Assembly: GCA_021399345.1 (NCBI GenBank)
Contig: JAAFKI010000124.1
Location: forward strand, 29,521-93,520
Length of the DNA: 64,000 nt
Source: Candidatus Heimdallarchaeota archaeon
GTDB lineage: Archaea > Asgardarchaeota > Heimdallarchaeia > Heimdallarchaeales > Heimdallarchaeaceae
Direction of reading: 5' to 3'
Shown: piece by piece, positions 27,045 to 37,165 of the stretch
Numbering within the stretch: position 1 is the stretch's first letter
How the letters are laid out: each line of letters starts with the position of its first letter
The notes under the pieces: model-generated
What the model was told of the DNA's origin: nothing
What the model saw: the letters and a program-made list of their open reading frames with translations, nothing else
The model's database searches: none
Program-made: the position numbers and the translations under genes

Positions 27045-27740
27045 TCAGCTTAGAATTATCCGAGCATCGATTGCCTTCAATCCTTCCTTAGTTGCTACAA
27101 CAGGATTCAAATCCATTTCCTTTATTACCTTATTTTCTTCAATAATCTTTGAAACATTTATCACAAAATTACTCAGTTCCAACAAGTCAACTTCAGGTAA
27201 ACCACGATAACCGTCTAACATTTTCTTACCCTGAATTTCCTCTATCATGTCTCTTACATCCTTTTCAGATATGGGAATTAAACGGAATGTTACATCTTTA
27301 TAGATTTCAACAAAAATCCCTCCTATTCCCAGAGCAATCATTTTACCAAACTGATCATCTGTATTAGTTCCAATAAGAAGTTCCACTCCTTCAACCATTT
27401 CTTCAATACTAAAACCTTCAATTTCTGCTGAGGGGTAATAGTTCTTAACACTAGTCAGCATCTCATTATACGCTGTTCTTAATTCACTATCTGAAGAAAT
27501 CCTGATTTTAACTCCTCCCGAATCAGATTTATGAATTACATCTTTTGATATTATCTTCAAAACCACAGGATATCCTATTTCATTTGCTTTTGTAACACAT
27601 TCATCTAGATTTTTTGCAAAACACATTTTGTTTAATGGTAAACCAGCAAGTTTCATTATTGTCCTTGATTCTGCATAAGTAAGAATATGCCGTCCTTCAG
27701 ATGATATTTTGTCTAAAATGATTTTAATTTCAGAACTCAT
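27045..27740 (-). CDS. Second, orphan ADP-forming acyl-CoA synthetase beta (ATP-grasp) subunit
   Basis: Paralogue of 13055-13741: YPVVLKIISKDVIHKSDSGGVKI, LLIGTNTDDQFGKMIALGIGGIFVE and DLNPVVA. There is no adjacent alpha subunit. I prefer ATG 27740 over GTG 27749. Confidence 0.8.
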   Translation of the reverse strand: MSSEIKIILDKISSEGRHILTYAESRTIMKLAGLPLNKMCFAKNLDECVTKANEIGYPVVLKIISKDVIHKSDSGGVKIRISSDSELRTAYNEMLTSVKNYYPSAEIEGFSIEEMVEGVELLIGTNTDDQFGKMIALGIGGIFVEIYKDVTFRLIPISEKDVRDMIEEIQGKKMLDGYRGLPEVDLLELSNFVINVSKIIEENKVIKEMDLNPVVATKEGLKAIDARIILS

Positions 27741-27925
27741 GATAATCACAGATATTCCTTAGGTGGAATGTTTCAAGTAGTAAGTTTACCTTAGACCTTT
27801 ATCTTTTAAAAGCTTCCAAAGTCACTTCTATTTCTTTTCATCTAAGAACAATTATTTAAGCTTCAAAGAGAAATATTTTTGATAGCTATATTTCTTTTAG
27901 ATTAGAGAGATAATAAGGTGAATCT

Positions 27926-29815
27926 ATGAATTATAGAAATAAGATGGAAGAAATCATTTCAGGAAAAAATCGATTATCTGAGGAAGAGCGCCTAAAGCTA
28001 GACTTCAAACCTGACGAAATTCCCCCCCTTCCAAAAGGAGAAGAGGCTTTAAAACCTAGAACAAAGGCAGGATGGGAGACTGAAGCTATTATCAGAGCAA
28101 TGATATCTAATCTGCATAATGGTAGAGATTGGGAATCATTATACATCTATGGTGGTTCTGGTAAAGTTGCCAGAGACTGGAAATCCTTCTATGAGACCAT
28201 TGATCTCTTAAAAAATTTAGAACCAAATGAAACATTATTTTTGCAATCTGGTGTCCCTTATGGTAAAATGCAAACAACACGCTGGTCCCCCAGATGTGTT
28301 ATAACAAATAGCGTTATTGTACCTCATTGGGCCCCTAATTTTGAAGAATTTGTTGCTTCAGGATTATCTGTCTATGGACAAATGACAGCTGGTTCGTTTA
28401 TATTCATAGGATTACAAGGTATTATTCAAGGAACTTATGAAACAATTGCAGCTGCTATCAAAACTGCAGAAAAGAAAGATGTCTATCAGAAATTATCAAA
28501 TTTTGAGAAAAAGCTGATTGTTAGCGCTGGTTTAGGTTTAATGAGTGGAGCACAACCCCTATCAATCAAAATGTGTGGTAAAATCGCTATAGTTGCTGAA
28601 GTAAATCCGAATTTAATAGATAGAATGTATAATACGGGAAGAAATCAAGGGGTTCCTTATCTTGATTATAAGACTGAATCTATCGAAGAAGCAATAAAAA
28701 TTGCTAGAGAAGCAGCGGCAAAAGATCAATCCATTTCTATAGGCGTTTTATGCAATGCTGTTGACCTTTTACAGCATCTTGTTGATAACAACATCACACC
28801 TCATGTTCTAACTGATCAAACATCAGCACATGATTTGTTAAATGGTTATTACCCCATGGGTATTTCCTATGATGAGGCAGATATTCTAAGAGTTGAAAGC
28901 CCTGAAGAATATATCGAGCAATCTAGAAAGACTGTTATTCGTCATGTAAATCAGATGGTTGAACTTAACAAGCGAGGATCAGAAACATTTGATTATGGTA
29001 ACAATATTCGACAACAAGCCTATGAATTGGGAGTGAAAGACGCCTTTGATTATGGAGGATTTGTTCTAGAGTATGTTAGACCACTTTTCTGTGAAGGAAA
29101 AGGACCTTTCAGATGGATGGCTTTGAGCAATGACCCCCAAGATATCAGAACTACTGATGACTACGCAAAGAAGTTATTCTTTGATGATAAACAATTAGTG
29201 AATTGGTTGGAGTTAGCTGATAAATATATTCCTTTTGAAAATGGATTGCCTGCTAGAGTTTTCTGGGCAGGTTTTATTGGTCGAGCAGCTTTTGGAATGT
29301 TAATGAACAAACTTGTTGCAGAAGGAATTCTTAAAGCTCCTGTTGTTATAGGAAGGGATCATCTTGATGGTGGAAGTGTTGCATCCCCAAACAGAGAAAC
29401 TGAAGGTATGAAGGATGGCAGTGATGCTATTGGCGATTTTCCTGTTCTAAATCTGATGGGGAACGCGTTGAGTGGAGCAACTTGGGTTTCATATCATGGT
29501 GGTGGTGGAGTGGGAGTAGGATATTCGCTTCATGCAGGACAAGTAATTCTAGCAGATGGTACTAGACTATCTCAAGAAAGATTATTCAGAGTACTAACTT
29601 GGGATCCGATGAGTGCAGTTTTAAGACATGCTGCAGCGGGATATGAGAAAGCTATTGAAATTGGAGAGAAACATCAACTAGTTATACCAGGGAAAAATGA
29701 GCATAAAGAATTTGACTATAATAAATTATATCAACACATAATTAGTTGGGTCAAAGAAAGAACAGGAATCGAGTTATTTCAACCACTAGAGAAACTAGAG
29801 CTAGATCTATCTTGA
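27926..29815 (+). CDS. hutU: Urocanate hydratase
   Basis: KAGWETEAIIRAM, YGGSGKVARDW, ETLFLQSGVPYG, VYGQMTAGSFIFIGLQGIIQGTYET and WVSYHGGGGVGVGYSLHAGQVI. Confidence 0.9.
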   Translation: MNYRNKMEEIISGKNRLSEEERLKLDFKPDEIPPLPKGEEALKPRTKAGWETEAIIRAMISNLHNGRDWESLYIYGGSGKVARDWKSFYETIDLLKNLEPNETLFLQSGVPYGKMQTTRWSPRCVITNSVIVPHWAPNFEEFVASGLSVYGQMTAGSFIFIGLQGIIQGTYETIAAAIKTAEKKDVYQKLSNFEKKLIVSAGLGLMSGAQPLSIKMCGKIAIVAEVNPNLIDRMYNTGRNQGVPYLDYKTESIEEAIKIAREAAAKDQSISIGVLCNAVDLLQHLVDNNITPHVLTDQTSAHDLLNGYYPMGISYDEADILRVESPEEYIEQSRKTVIRHVNQMVELNKRGSETFDYGNNIRQQAYELGVKDAFDYGGFVLEYVRPLFCEGKGPFRWMALSNDPQDIRTTDDYAKKLFFDDKQLVNWLELADKYIPFENGLPARVFWAGFIGRAAFGMLMNKLVAEGILKAPVVIGRDHLDGGSVASPNRETEGMKDGSDAIGDFPVLNLMGNALSGATWVSYHGGGGVGVGYSLHAGQVILADGTRLSQERLFRVLTWDPMSAVLRHAAAGYEKAIEIGEKHQLVIPGKNEHKEFDYNKLYQHIISWVKERTGIELFQPLEKLELDLS

Positions 29816-29980
29816 TTCACTATACTTTTTTCCAATATAAGCATATTTTGAAAATCGTACATTAATCATTCTTTTTATTAATTAATAATGGCAAATCAGG
29901 TATGACTAAGAGAACTTCTTTAGATCAACGTTTCGTGACTTATTCGTAACTTTAATAAAGACTTACCAGAGTTTTCGACC

Positions 29981-31339
29981 ATGAAAGTTGTATATGTTGG
30001 ACATGGTTCCTCTGGCTGGACATCAGCTACCACTCTCCGTGCATGGGATAGAAATGCAGAGATCACAATAATTGACAAGAAGAATTATGATGCATATCAT
30101 CCTTGTGCTATGCCTTATGCAATTGGTGGATTGTGGGAAGATGAGAGTCTTCTAATCGAATCTTTAAATTACGATATGATGAAGATAAACTTTTTGCGTC
30201 GTCATGAAGCTCTCAATATTGATCGCCAAAATAAGAAGGTAAATGTTAAAAATCTAGAAAATGATGAAGTTTTCGAAGTTGAGTATGATTATCTTGTTAT
30301 TTGTATAGGTTCTAAAGCAAAATTTCCTCCAATTCCAGGAGCTGATGGAAAAAATGTTTATGCTCTAAAATGGATTGAAGACTCTGCAAAAATACGAGAA
30401 GCTGCTGCGAAAGCTTCAAAAGCTGTCGTTTTAGGTGCTTCTGCAATAGGGCTTGAAGTTGCTACAGAACTCGCTCATAGAGGAATTGAAACCGCTGTTC
30501 TTGCTAGATCCAGACTCATGCGTTTACTAATAGATCCAGATTATGCAAATGAAACTGTAAAACTCCTAGAAGAGAAGCTCCCCAAGCTAAAATTCGTTAT
30601 TGGAGTAGGGATAAATGAAATTGTTTTAGATGAAAATGGCATGGCAACAAAAGTTACAACTGATCAAGGAGATTTTGATTGTGATTTTGTTGTTGCAGCA
30701 ACAGGTATTAGACCAGAAGTCACCTTAGCACAAGAAGCAGGATTAAAAATAGGTGAATCTGGTGCAATTGTAACTGATGAAGAATTGAAAACTTCTGACC
30801 CAAACATACTTGCAGTAGGTGATTGTGCTGAAACAATTCATTTAGTTTCAAAACAACCTATCAATTCAGCAATAGCAACTTGCTGTGTTAGAATGGCAAG
30901 AGTAGCAGCTATGACAATTGCAAAACCTGGAACTTTGAAGTTTCCAGGTACGATGAACAATTTCATAGTGCCATTTATTGACCTTAGAGTTGGGTCTGTT
31001 GGACTAATTAAGAAAGCAGCAGAGGATGCAGGTTTTGAGGTAGTTATTGCCAAAATTAAGACACACAACAAACCTCTATATATGCCAGATGCTGAAGAAT
31101 TGTACTTCAAAATACTCGCCGATAAGAATACAGGAAAAATACTTGGTGCTCAAGCAATTGGACCAGATTCTATAACAGATAATTTGAACGTAATTTCTTT
31201 GGGAATGCAAAACGAGATGACTTTTCTAGAACTACTTCAATCTGATTTGTGTTACGCTCCAGCAGTAAATGAGACGATTTATCCAGTTACCCAAGCTTTA
31301 GAAATAATCTCAAGAAAAATGCTAAGAAGAAAAAAGTAG
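29981..31339 (+). CDS. Pyridine-nucleotide-disulfide oxidoreductase of the NADH oxidase / CoA-disulfide reductase type
   Basis: FAD motif VYVGHGSSG, a single redox Cys in AYHPCAMPYAIGG, a second dinucleotide motif AVVLGASAIGLEVA, and AVGDCAE. Confidence 0.8.
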   Translation: MKVVYVGHGSSGWTSATTLRAWDRNAEITIIDKKNYDAYHPCAMPYAIGGLWEDESLLIESLNYDMMKINFLRRHEALNIDRQNKKVNVKNLENDEVFEVEYDYLVICIGSKAKFPPIPGADGKNVYALKWIEDSAKIREAAAKASKAVVLGASAIGLEVATELAHRGIETAVLARSRLMRLLIDPDYANETVKLLEEKLPKLKFVIGVGINEIVLDENGMATKVTTDQGDFDCDFVVAATGIRPEVTLAQEAGLKIGESGAIVTDEELKTSDPNILAVGDCAETIHLVSKQPINSAIATCCVRMARVAAMTIAKPGTLKFPGTMNNFIVPFIDLRVGSVGLIKKAAEDAGFEVVIAKIKTHNKPLYMPDAEELYFKILADKNTGKILGAQAIGPDSITDNLNVISLGMQNEMTFLELLQSDLCYAPAVNETIYPVTQALEIISRKMLRRKK

Positions 31340-31468
31340 TTAAGGATAATGATGAGTAATTTAAGCTCATCTTCGCTTTTCTTCTCTCGCTATTCCATTT
31401 TAATATCAATTTTCTAGAACATTATATAAGTTAGAAAAACAATCATACTTTGTGTTTAGTGATTGAAG

Positions 31469-32428
31469 ATGAATAAATATAAACCAGTTGATCCAATAAA
31501 ATCACCTAGATTTTCAGGAATCCAAACATTCATGCGCTTACCTTTTATTAAAAAACTGGAAGGAGTAGATTTTGCAATAATAGGTGTACCTTCAGATGCA
31601 GGAGCATCTTTTAGAACAGGACAAAGAGAAGGTCCAGCAGCAATTAGGAAAATATCAGCCTTGCTTAGGCACCACAATCCTATATTGGACATTAGTCCTT
31701 ACGAATTTCTTTCAGGGATAGACTACGGAGATTTACCTGTCGTCCCAGGATACATCGAAGAAGGTTATAAGAGAATCGAAGAGAGTTTAGTACCAATTAT
31801 AGAAGCAGGAATTATACCCATTCTACTTGGTGGTGACCATGCAATATCTTTACCAGAATTGAGGGCTATAACCAAGATTCATGGTCCTGTTAGTTTAATA
31901 CATTTTGATTCTCATAGTGATACAGTCGACGAATATTTTGGTAAGCCATATAATCATGGAACACCATTTAAAAGAGCAATTGAAGAAAATCTTTTACTTG
32001 CTGATAATTCTATACAGATAGGATTAAGAGGATCAATTTATTCCTCAGAACATCTAGAAATCCCAAAGTCATTAGGATTTGATGTTGTAACAACAGAAGA
32101 GATTAGAGAAATAGGTTTGGATTCTTTAATAGAACGAATTAAAAAAAGGGTAGGAGAATCTAAAGTTTTTCTTACTTTTGATATAGATTTTGTAGATCCT
32201 GCATATGCACCTGGAACGGGTACTCCTGAAATTGGTGGCTTTACTAGCGGAGAAACTTTGAAATTAATCAGAGGATTAAAGGATTTGAATTTCATAGGGT
32301 TTGATGTTGTAGAGGTTTTACCTGCATATGATCCTTCTGAAATTACTGCTCTTTTAGCAGCAAACATAGTTTATGAATTTATTTCAATTATCGCCATTTT
32401 GAAAAAAAGAAAAATTAAAAAAAATTAA
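31469..32428 (+). CDS. Arginase-fold ureohydrolase (agmatinase-like; formimidoylglutamase role possible)
   Basis: PRFSGIQTFMRLP, GVPSDAGASFRTGQREGPAAIR, and Mn ligands in GGDHAIS, HFDSHSDT and TFDIDFVDPAYAPGTGTPEIGG. I prefer ATG 31469 over TTG 31463. Confidence 0.8.
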   Translation: MNKYKPVDPIKSPRFSGIQTFMRLPFIKKLEGVDFAIIGVPSDAGASFRTGQREGPAAIRKISALLRHHNPILDISPYEFLSGIDYGDLPVVPGYIEEGYKRIEESLVPIIEAGIIPILLGGDHAISLPELRAITKIHGPVSLIHFDSHSDTVDEYFGKPYNHGTPFKRAIEENLLLADNSIQIGLRGSIYSSEHLEIPKSLGFDVVTTEEIREIGLDSLIERIKKRVGESKVFLTFDIDFVDPAYAPGTGTPEIGGFTSGETLKLIRGLKDLNFIGFDVVEVLPAYDPSEITALLAANIVYEFISIIAILKKRKIKKN

Positions 32429-32430
32429 GC

Positions 32431-34071
32431 TTACCTTAATTTTCTTTTCTTTCTAAATCTTACAATAGTAACAGATGATATTAAGATGATAACACCACCA
32501 ATAGAAGCTGCATAGTAAATTATCTCATTATTCACATTATCAAATTTTACTAGGATTGATGTTTGATTGTTTAAACCAGCCTTATCTACTGCAACAGCTG
32601 TAATGTTGTGCATTCCTTCTGCATAGAGACTTGTATTGCATTCAAACCGAAGTTCAGAATATGGATAATAATCTGGCATAACTAAACTTTTTACTAGCAA
32701 TCCATCTATGTAGAGTTCAATGCTTTCCAATTCTTGATTATCATCACCTTTTGCAACTATTTCTACAATATCAGAGAGTGTATCGTCTGAATTTGGTTTT
32801 AGTATAACAATTGATGGAACTTCTATATCTGGAGGTGCCTCACCATCTGCATTAAATGAAAGAGAGGTTGATACGATGTCTGAAGCTAATCCATCAGCAT
32901 CATATGCTAAAATATTAACCATAAATGAATCACCAAGAGCAAGACCATCGAACGCTACATCTCCTGAATAAATTCCGTTCATTAAAGGATCTTCTAATTC
33001 AATCATTTTTATTGAAGCATCATTAATTGAGTACATATATCCATCCAGTGGATCATTGGGTTCCCAGCCTGAAGGTACAAATCTTGCATAAACTTTACTT
33101 ATTCCCGTAGAACTCCCAACTTCTACTTCAATATTTGCTACACTTGTAAAAAGATTCCAGATTTCATAAATAGGTAAAGGAACCATTTCGATTTGTATTT
33201 TAGGAAAACACACTATTGGTTTAGCCCATATCTTCACGTCTAATGCATCATTTCCATCTCCATCCACAGGTAAATAGCCACTTGGAGCTACAGTGTGCCC
33301 TTGACTATCATGATTGTCATCTATCTGTGGTGCTTGGTGACTGCCAAGATTTCTTACATGAATAACAGCTTCTTCAAATGCAGTCCCAATTGTTAAGCAA
33401 GAAGCTACCGATGACCAAAAGGATTCTGAAAAAGCTCCGTTTGTTCTATCAGCATTGAAAGCTGCACCAGATAGTGTATGGGCTGATGTTACTATTATTC
33501 TATTATCTTTACTGTTTGGGTAAATAAATGAACCAGAATGGCATCCTTCAATTATAAGAATGATTCTTTTACATCCCGTAGTAATTTCAAAATTACGCAG
33601 ATATGAATTCAGATCAGTATCCCATAAGGCATCACCAACCATCACTGCAAGAGCATCATAATCACCATGAGAAAAGAGGGCTATCCCTAAACTCTGGCTT
33701 GAATTTACATGCTGTGGTGCCCATTCTTCAATTGCCCATTTAAGATTAATCTTTGTTGAAGAAGTATTTACATAAGGTTGGCTTGGTCCAACTTCAGGAC
33801 CCATATAGTAAATCTGCTCTGAAGTAAACCCATTACCTCTCAGAATTTCGTAAGTTATATTAACTGCACTTTGAATAGAATCCATATCCTTATGATCCGA
33901 CCTATCTCCTGCAAGAAGAATCCAAGCACTTTGAACTTCACTACTTGTAGGAACTTCCTTTATACCTAGGGAACAATCTTCAGAACGTACATTTGTTTGT
34001 AGACATGCTACAGAAAGAAAAGTGGTTAATAACAAAACTACTGATATAAGCTTTTTAGAGTTGTTTTTCAT
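32431..34071 (-). CDS. Surface-anchored clan CD cysteine peptidase (legumain/C13-like) with C-terminal Ig-like domains and a TM anchor
   Basis: Signal LISVVLLLTTFLSVACL. Catalytic dyad context IALFSHGD ... RIILIIEGCHSGSF (compare legumain ...HG... EACESGS). The distal half is beta-rich. The C-terminus is AASIGGVIILISSVTIV followed by RFRKKRKLR. Confidence 0.7.
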   Translation of the reverse strand: MKNNSKKLISVVLLLTTFLSVACLQTNVRSEDCSLGIKEVPTSSEVQSAWILLAGDRSDHKDMDSIQSAVNITYEILRGNGFTSEQIYYMGPEVGPSQPYVNTSSTKINLKWAIEEWAPQHVNSSQSLGIALFSHGDYDALAVMVGDALWDTDLNSYLRNFEITTGCKRIILIIEGCHSGSFIYPNSKDNRIIVTSAHTLSGAAFNADRTNGAFSESFWSSVASCLTIGTAFEEAVIHVRNLGSHQAPQIDDNHDSQGHTVAPSGYLPVDGDGNDALDVKIWAKPIVCFPKIQIEMVPLPIYEIWNLFTSVANIEVEVGSSTGISKVYARFVPSGWEPNDPLDGYMYSINDASIKMIELEDPLMNGIYSGDVAFDGLALGDSFMVNILAYDADGLASDIVSTSLSFNADGEAPPDIEVPSIVILKPNSDDTLSDIVEIVAKGDDNQELESIELYIDGLLVKSLVMPDYYPYSELRFECNTSLYAEGMHNITAVAVDKAGLNNQTSILVKFDNVNNEIIYYAASIGGVIILISSVTIVRFRKKRKLR

Positions 34072-34229
34072 AATGTTCTATTTTATTTCACTCCACTTAC
34101 ATCTAATAAATTTATCTGGAAGACTTTAAAAAAGAAGTTCCACAAAAATGAGGGATAAAATTCCTCTAATAAGAAAGTGAAATAGATTTGAATGGTAATA
34201 GTTTTTAATGCTTATCTATTCTTCAAATT

Positions 34230-35591
34230 ATGTCTAATAAAGATTTGATTAAGCAAGCTTTACATCTCATCGATAATTGGCTTGATTATCAAGTATATAT
34301 CAAAGAGATACCAGGAATAGCTGTAGGTGTTTTTTTTGAAGATGAAATTATTTTCAAGAAAGAATACGGATATGCAAATTTGGAAGAAAAAATTAAACTT
34401 ACTAATCAACATTTATTCCGTATTGCTTCTCATTCAAAATTATTCACTGCTACTGCAATAATGAAACTCTATCATAAAGATAAGCTGTCCTTAGACGATA
34501 AGGTTTCGAAATTCCTACCCTGGTTTACTTCTGAAACAGATGAAAATCTACAACAAATACGTATCAAACATTTACTCACTCACTCTAGTGGGATGACTCG
34601 TGATGGCCAGACTGCTCATTGGTCTAATTATGAATTTCCTTCAATAGAAAAGATAAAATCACAAGTGAAAAAAGGTATAAGTTTCTTTGAGACAAGTGAA
34701 ATATTGAAGTATTCAAATTTTGGATATACGCTTTTAGGTCAGATAATAGAAGCTGTATCTGGTCAAAGCTATCCAGATTATATTCAAAAGGAGATTCTTG
34801 AGCCACTTGAGATGCTTAATACTATTGTCGACGTTGATGAAACTAACATTTCTAGACATGCTACAGGGTACAAAACCAAATATCCAAAACAAGAACGAGA
34901 AAAACTTGATCATGTTCCTGCAAGAATCATGCACTCAGCAACTGGCTTGAGTAGCACTGTAGAAGATCTAATTAAATTCTATCAAGCTCACATATCAGGT
35001 AATAATGCTCTATTCCCCGACTATATCAAACGTGAGATGCAGCGAATTCAGTTTAAAGCAGAAAAAGCAGATTGGGGATTAGGTTTTAGTATCACAAGTC
35101 TTCCTGATATTAAGATAGTTGGACATGGCGGCGGTTATCCAGGATTTATTACAAGATCAGGACTCATTCAAGATAAGAAATTGATTATTGTAGTTCTTAC
35201 AAACGCTATCAACGGTCCTGCATTAACTCTATTTCTAGGTATAAACAAAATGCTAGCTCATTTAGCAAAAGAGAAAGTGAAATTTAAGCATAAACCTGAA
35301 GAAGCTATTCCTGACTTTAAAAAGATAATTGGTTTTTATGTTTCAGATTGGGGAACATCATTATTCAGTCAAATTGGTCCAAAACTTGTGGTTATTGGTC
35401 CTGGTGATGATAATCCTGCAGAATTCATGCAAATTTATAAACATGATAAGGATTACAAATTCATTGCTCCGAAAGATTTACCTTTTGCATCTCCTGGTCA
35501 ACCTATCGAGTTTATTGATGGACCTGATGGAGAGAAAATCTTTGTAGACAGTCACAAAGGTAAAGCAAAAAGATTCAAGTATGAATACTAG
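34230..35591 (+). CDS. Serine hydrolase of the class C beta-lactamase / D-aminopeptidase (penicillin-binding-like) family
   Basis: SxxK in FRIASHSKLFTA, YxN in KYSNFGY, and HGG in IVGHGGGYPGF. No signal peptide. Confidence 0.8.
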   Translation: MSNKDLIKQALHLIDNWLDYQVYIKEIPGIAVGVFFEDEIIFKKEYGYANLEEKIKLTNQHLFRIASHSKLFTATAIMKLYHKDKLSLDDKVSKFLPWFTSETDENLQQIRIKHLLTHSSGMTRDGQTAHWSNYEFPSIEKIKSQVKKGISFFETSEILKYSNFGYTLLGQIIEAVSGQSYPDYIQKEILEPLEMLNTIVDVDETNISRHATGYKTKYPKQEREKLDHVPARIMHSATGLSSTVEDLIKFYQAHISGNNALFPDYIKREMQRIQFKAEKADWGLGFSITSLPDIKIVGHGGGYPGFITRSGLIQDKKLIIVVLTNAINGPALTLFLGINKMLAHLAKEKVKFKHKPEEAIPDFKKIIGFYVSDWGTSLFSQIGPKLVVIGPGDDNPAEFMQIYKHDKDYKFIAPKDLPFASPGQPIEFIDGPDGEKIFVDSHKGKAKRFKYEY

Positions 35592-35616
35592 TTCCAATCA
35601 AAATTAGAGGAAATGA

Positions 35617-37005
35617 TTAAAGAGTCATTTGCTCAAATCTTGCTTGGAAAAATCTCAAATGCTTTGGTTCATAAATCATTTTTAATCCAGGAATTGTATC
35701 TCTTCTTTCATATAGATCTATTACTGAATTTGCAACATACTCCATGTGAGTATTTGTATAAACCCTTCTAGGAATCGTTAGTCTAACCAATTCTAATGGA
35801 GGGAAGATATTCTCACCAGTTTGTGAATCTCTACCTATTGAAACAGCACCTCTTTCCATCGTTCTAACCGCAGAATGTTCATATATCGCTGCTGATAATG
35901 TTTGTCCAGGCCATTGTTCTCTTTGTAGATGAGGTAGGAATTCTAATGCATTAATAAAAACTGCATGACCACCAATAGGTTTCACAACTGGGACATTAGC
36001 CTGCATAAGTAATTCGCCTAAATAGCGAACTTGATTTGTTCTATACTTTAGATATTCATATTGTGTTCCTTCCCTTAATCCTCTTGCAAGAGCCTCCATA
36101 TCGCGTCCTGCCATACCACCATAAGTATGAAGACCTTCATAAATAACTACGGAACTTCGTGTTGCTTCATATATTTCTTTATCACTCGTTGCGATGAAAC
36201 CGCCTATATTTACTAGACAATCTTTCTTCGAACTATGAATACAGCCATCAGAATAACTCATCATTTCATTTAAAATGTCAATTATTGGTGTATTTTCATA
36301 ACCTTTTTCCCTTTCTCTTATAAAATAAGCATTTTCACTAGAACGTGTGATATCATATATTACTTTGATTTTATAGCCATCACAAAATTCCCTTAACTTT
36401 CGAAGGTTTTCCATAGAGATAGGTTGACCACCAGCCATGTTGACATTCATTTCCACATTAACAAAAGCTATTTTATCGAGTCCATATTCATCTATGTAAC
36501 CTTGCAACTTCTCAAAATCTATATTGCCTTTGAAAGGGTGTAAATTTTCTGGATCATGGGCTTCATCTATTACTGTATCAACCATCTTCCCACCAGGTAT
36601 CTCCACATGCATTTTTGAAGTTGTAAAATACATATTTCTAGGAACAATTTGCCCTGGTTTTATAAGGTATCTAGATATTAGATGTTCAGCAGCTCTTCCT
36701 TGATGGGTTGGAACAACGTATTTATATCCGAGTATATCTTGTACTGCTTTTTCTAGATTATAGAAATTCTTACTGCCAGCATATGCTTCATCTCCAAGCA
36801 TCATACCCGCCCATTGATTATCAGACATAGCAGATGTACCAGAATCTGTTAAAATGTCGATATAAACGTCTTCAGACAGCAACAAAAATGTGTTAAATCC
36901 TGCTTCTCTTATTGCCTTCTTTCTTCTTTCTTCTGATGGGATTGTAACTGGTTCAACAACTTTGATTTTAAATGGTTCAACTGGGGGTTGCATAATTTCA
37001 ATCAT
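35617..37005 (-). CDS. PLP-dependent beta-eliminating lyase (tryptophanase / tyrosine phenol-lyase family)
   Basis: EPFKIKVVEPV, FNTFLLLSEDVYIDILTDSGTSAMSDNQWAGMM, GDEAYAGSKNFY and the PLP-lysine context HSSKKDCLVNIGGF. I cannot distinguish Trp from Tyr specificity by eye. Confidence 0.85.
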   Translation of the reverse strand: MIEIMQPPVEPFKIKVVEPVTIPSEERRKKAIREAGFNTFLLLSEDVYIDILTDSGTSAMSDNQWAGMMLGDEAYAGSKNFYNLEKAVQDILGYKYVVPTHQGRAAEHLISRYLIKPGQIVPRNMYFTTSKMHVEIPGGKMVDTVIDEAHDPENLHPFKGNIDFEKLQGYIDEYGLDKIAFVNVEMNVNMAGGQPISMENLRKLREFCDGYKIKVIYDITRSSENAYFIREREKGYENTPIIDILNEMMSYSDGCIHSSKKDCLVNIGGFIATSDKEIYEATRSSVVIYEGLHTYGGMAGRDMEALARGLREGTQYEYLKYRTNQVRYLGELLMQANVPVVKPIGGHAVFINALEFLPHLQREQWPGQTLSAAIYEHSAVRTMERGAVSIGRDSQTGENIFPPLELVRLTIPRRVYTNTHMEYVANSVIDLYERRDTIPGLKMIYEPKHLRFFQARFEQMTL

Positions 37006-37165
37006 CTATATTTATATTGAAAAAGATTTCTACGAGATTTTTAAGCAGAGATTGTAAAACTTGCGGTTATTCGTCTCTGAACAACATATCTACAATGGAT
37101 AACATTTTTATCTATGAAATAAAAGTCGAATCCAGATAATCAAAATAGATTAGAAGGTTATAATT

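Noticed and set aside
29981-31339. Flavoprotein disulfide reductase as the missing glycine-cleavage L-protein
   Set aside because: It has a single redox Cys in a Nox/CoADR-type context (AYHPCAMPY), not the CxxxxC disulfide motif of dihydrolipoamide dehydrogenases.
37006-37165. Possible glycine riboswitch upstream of gcvT (the region upstream of gcvH, 43290-43429, was also examined)
   Set aside because: In bacteria gcvT is a classic glycine-riboswitch target. Neither leader contains the conserved G/C-rich core I would expect (GGAGAG...CACCG-type elements). Both are plain A/T-rich promoter spacers.
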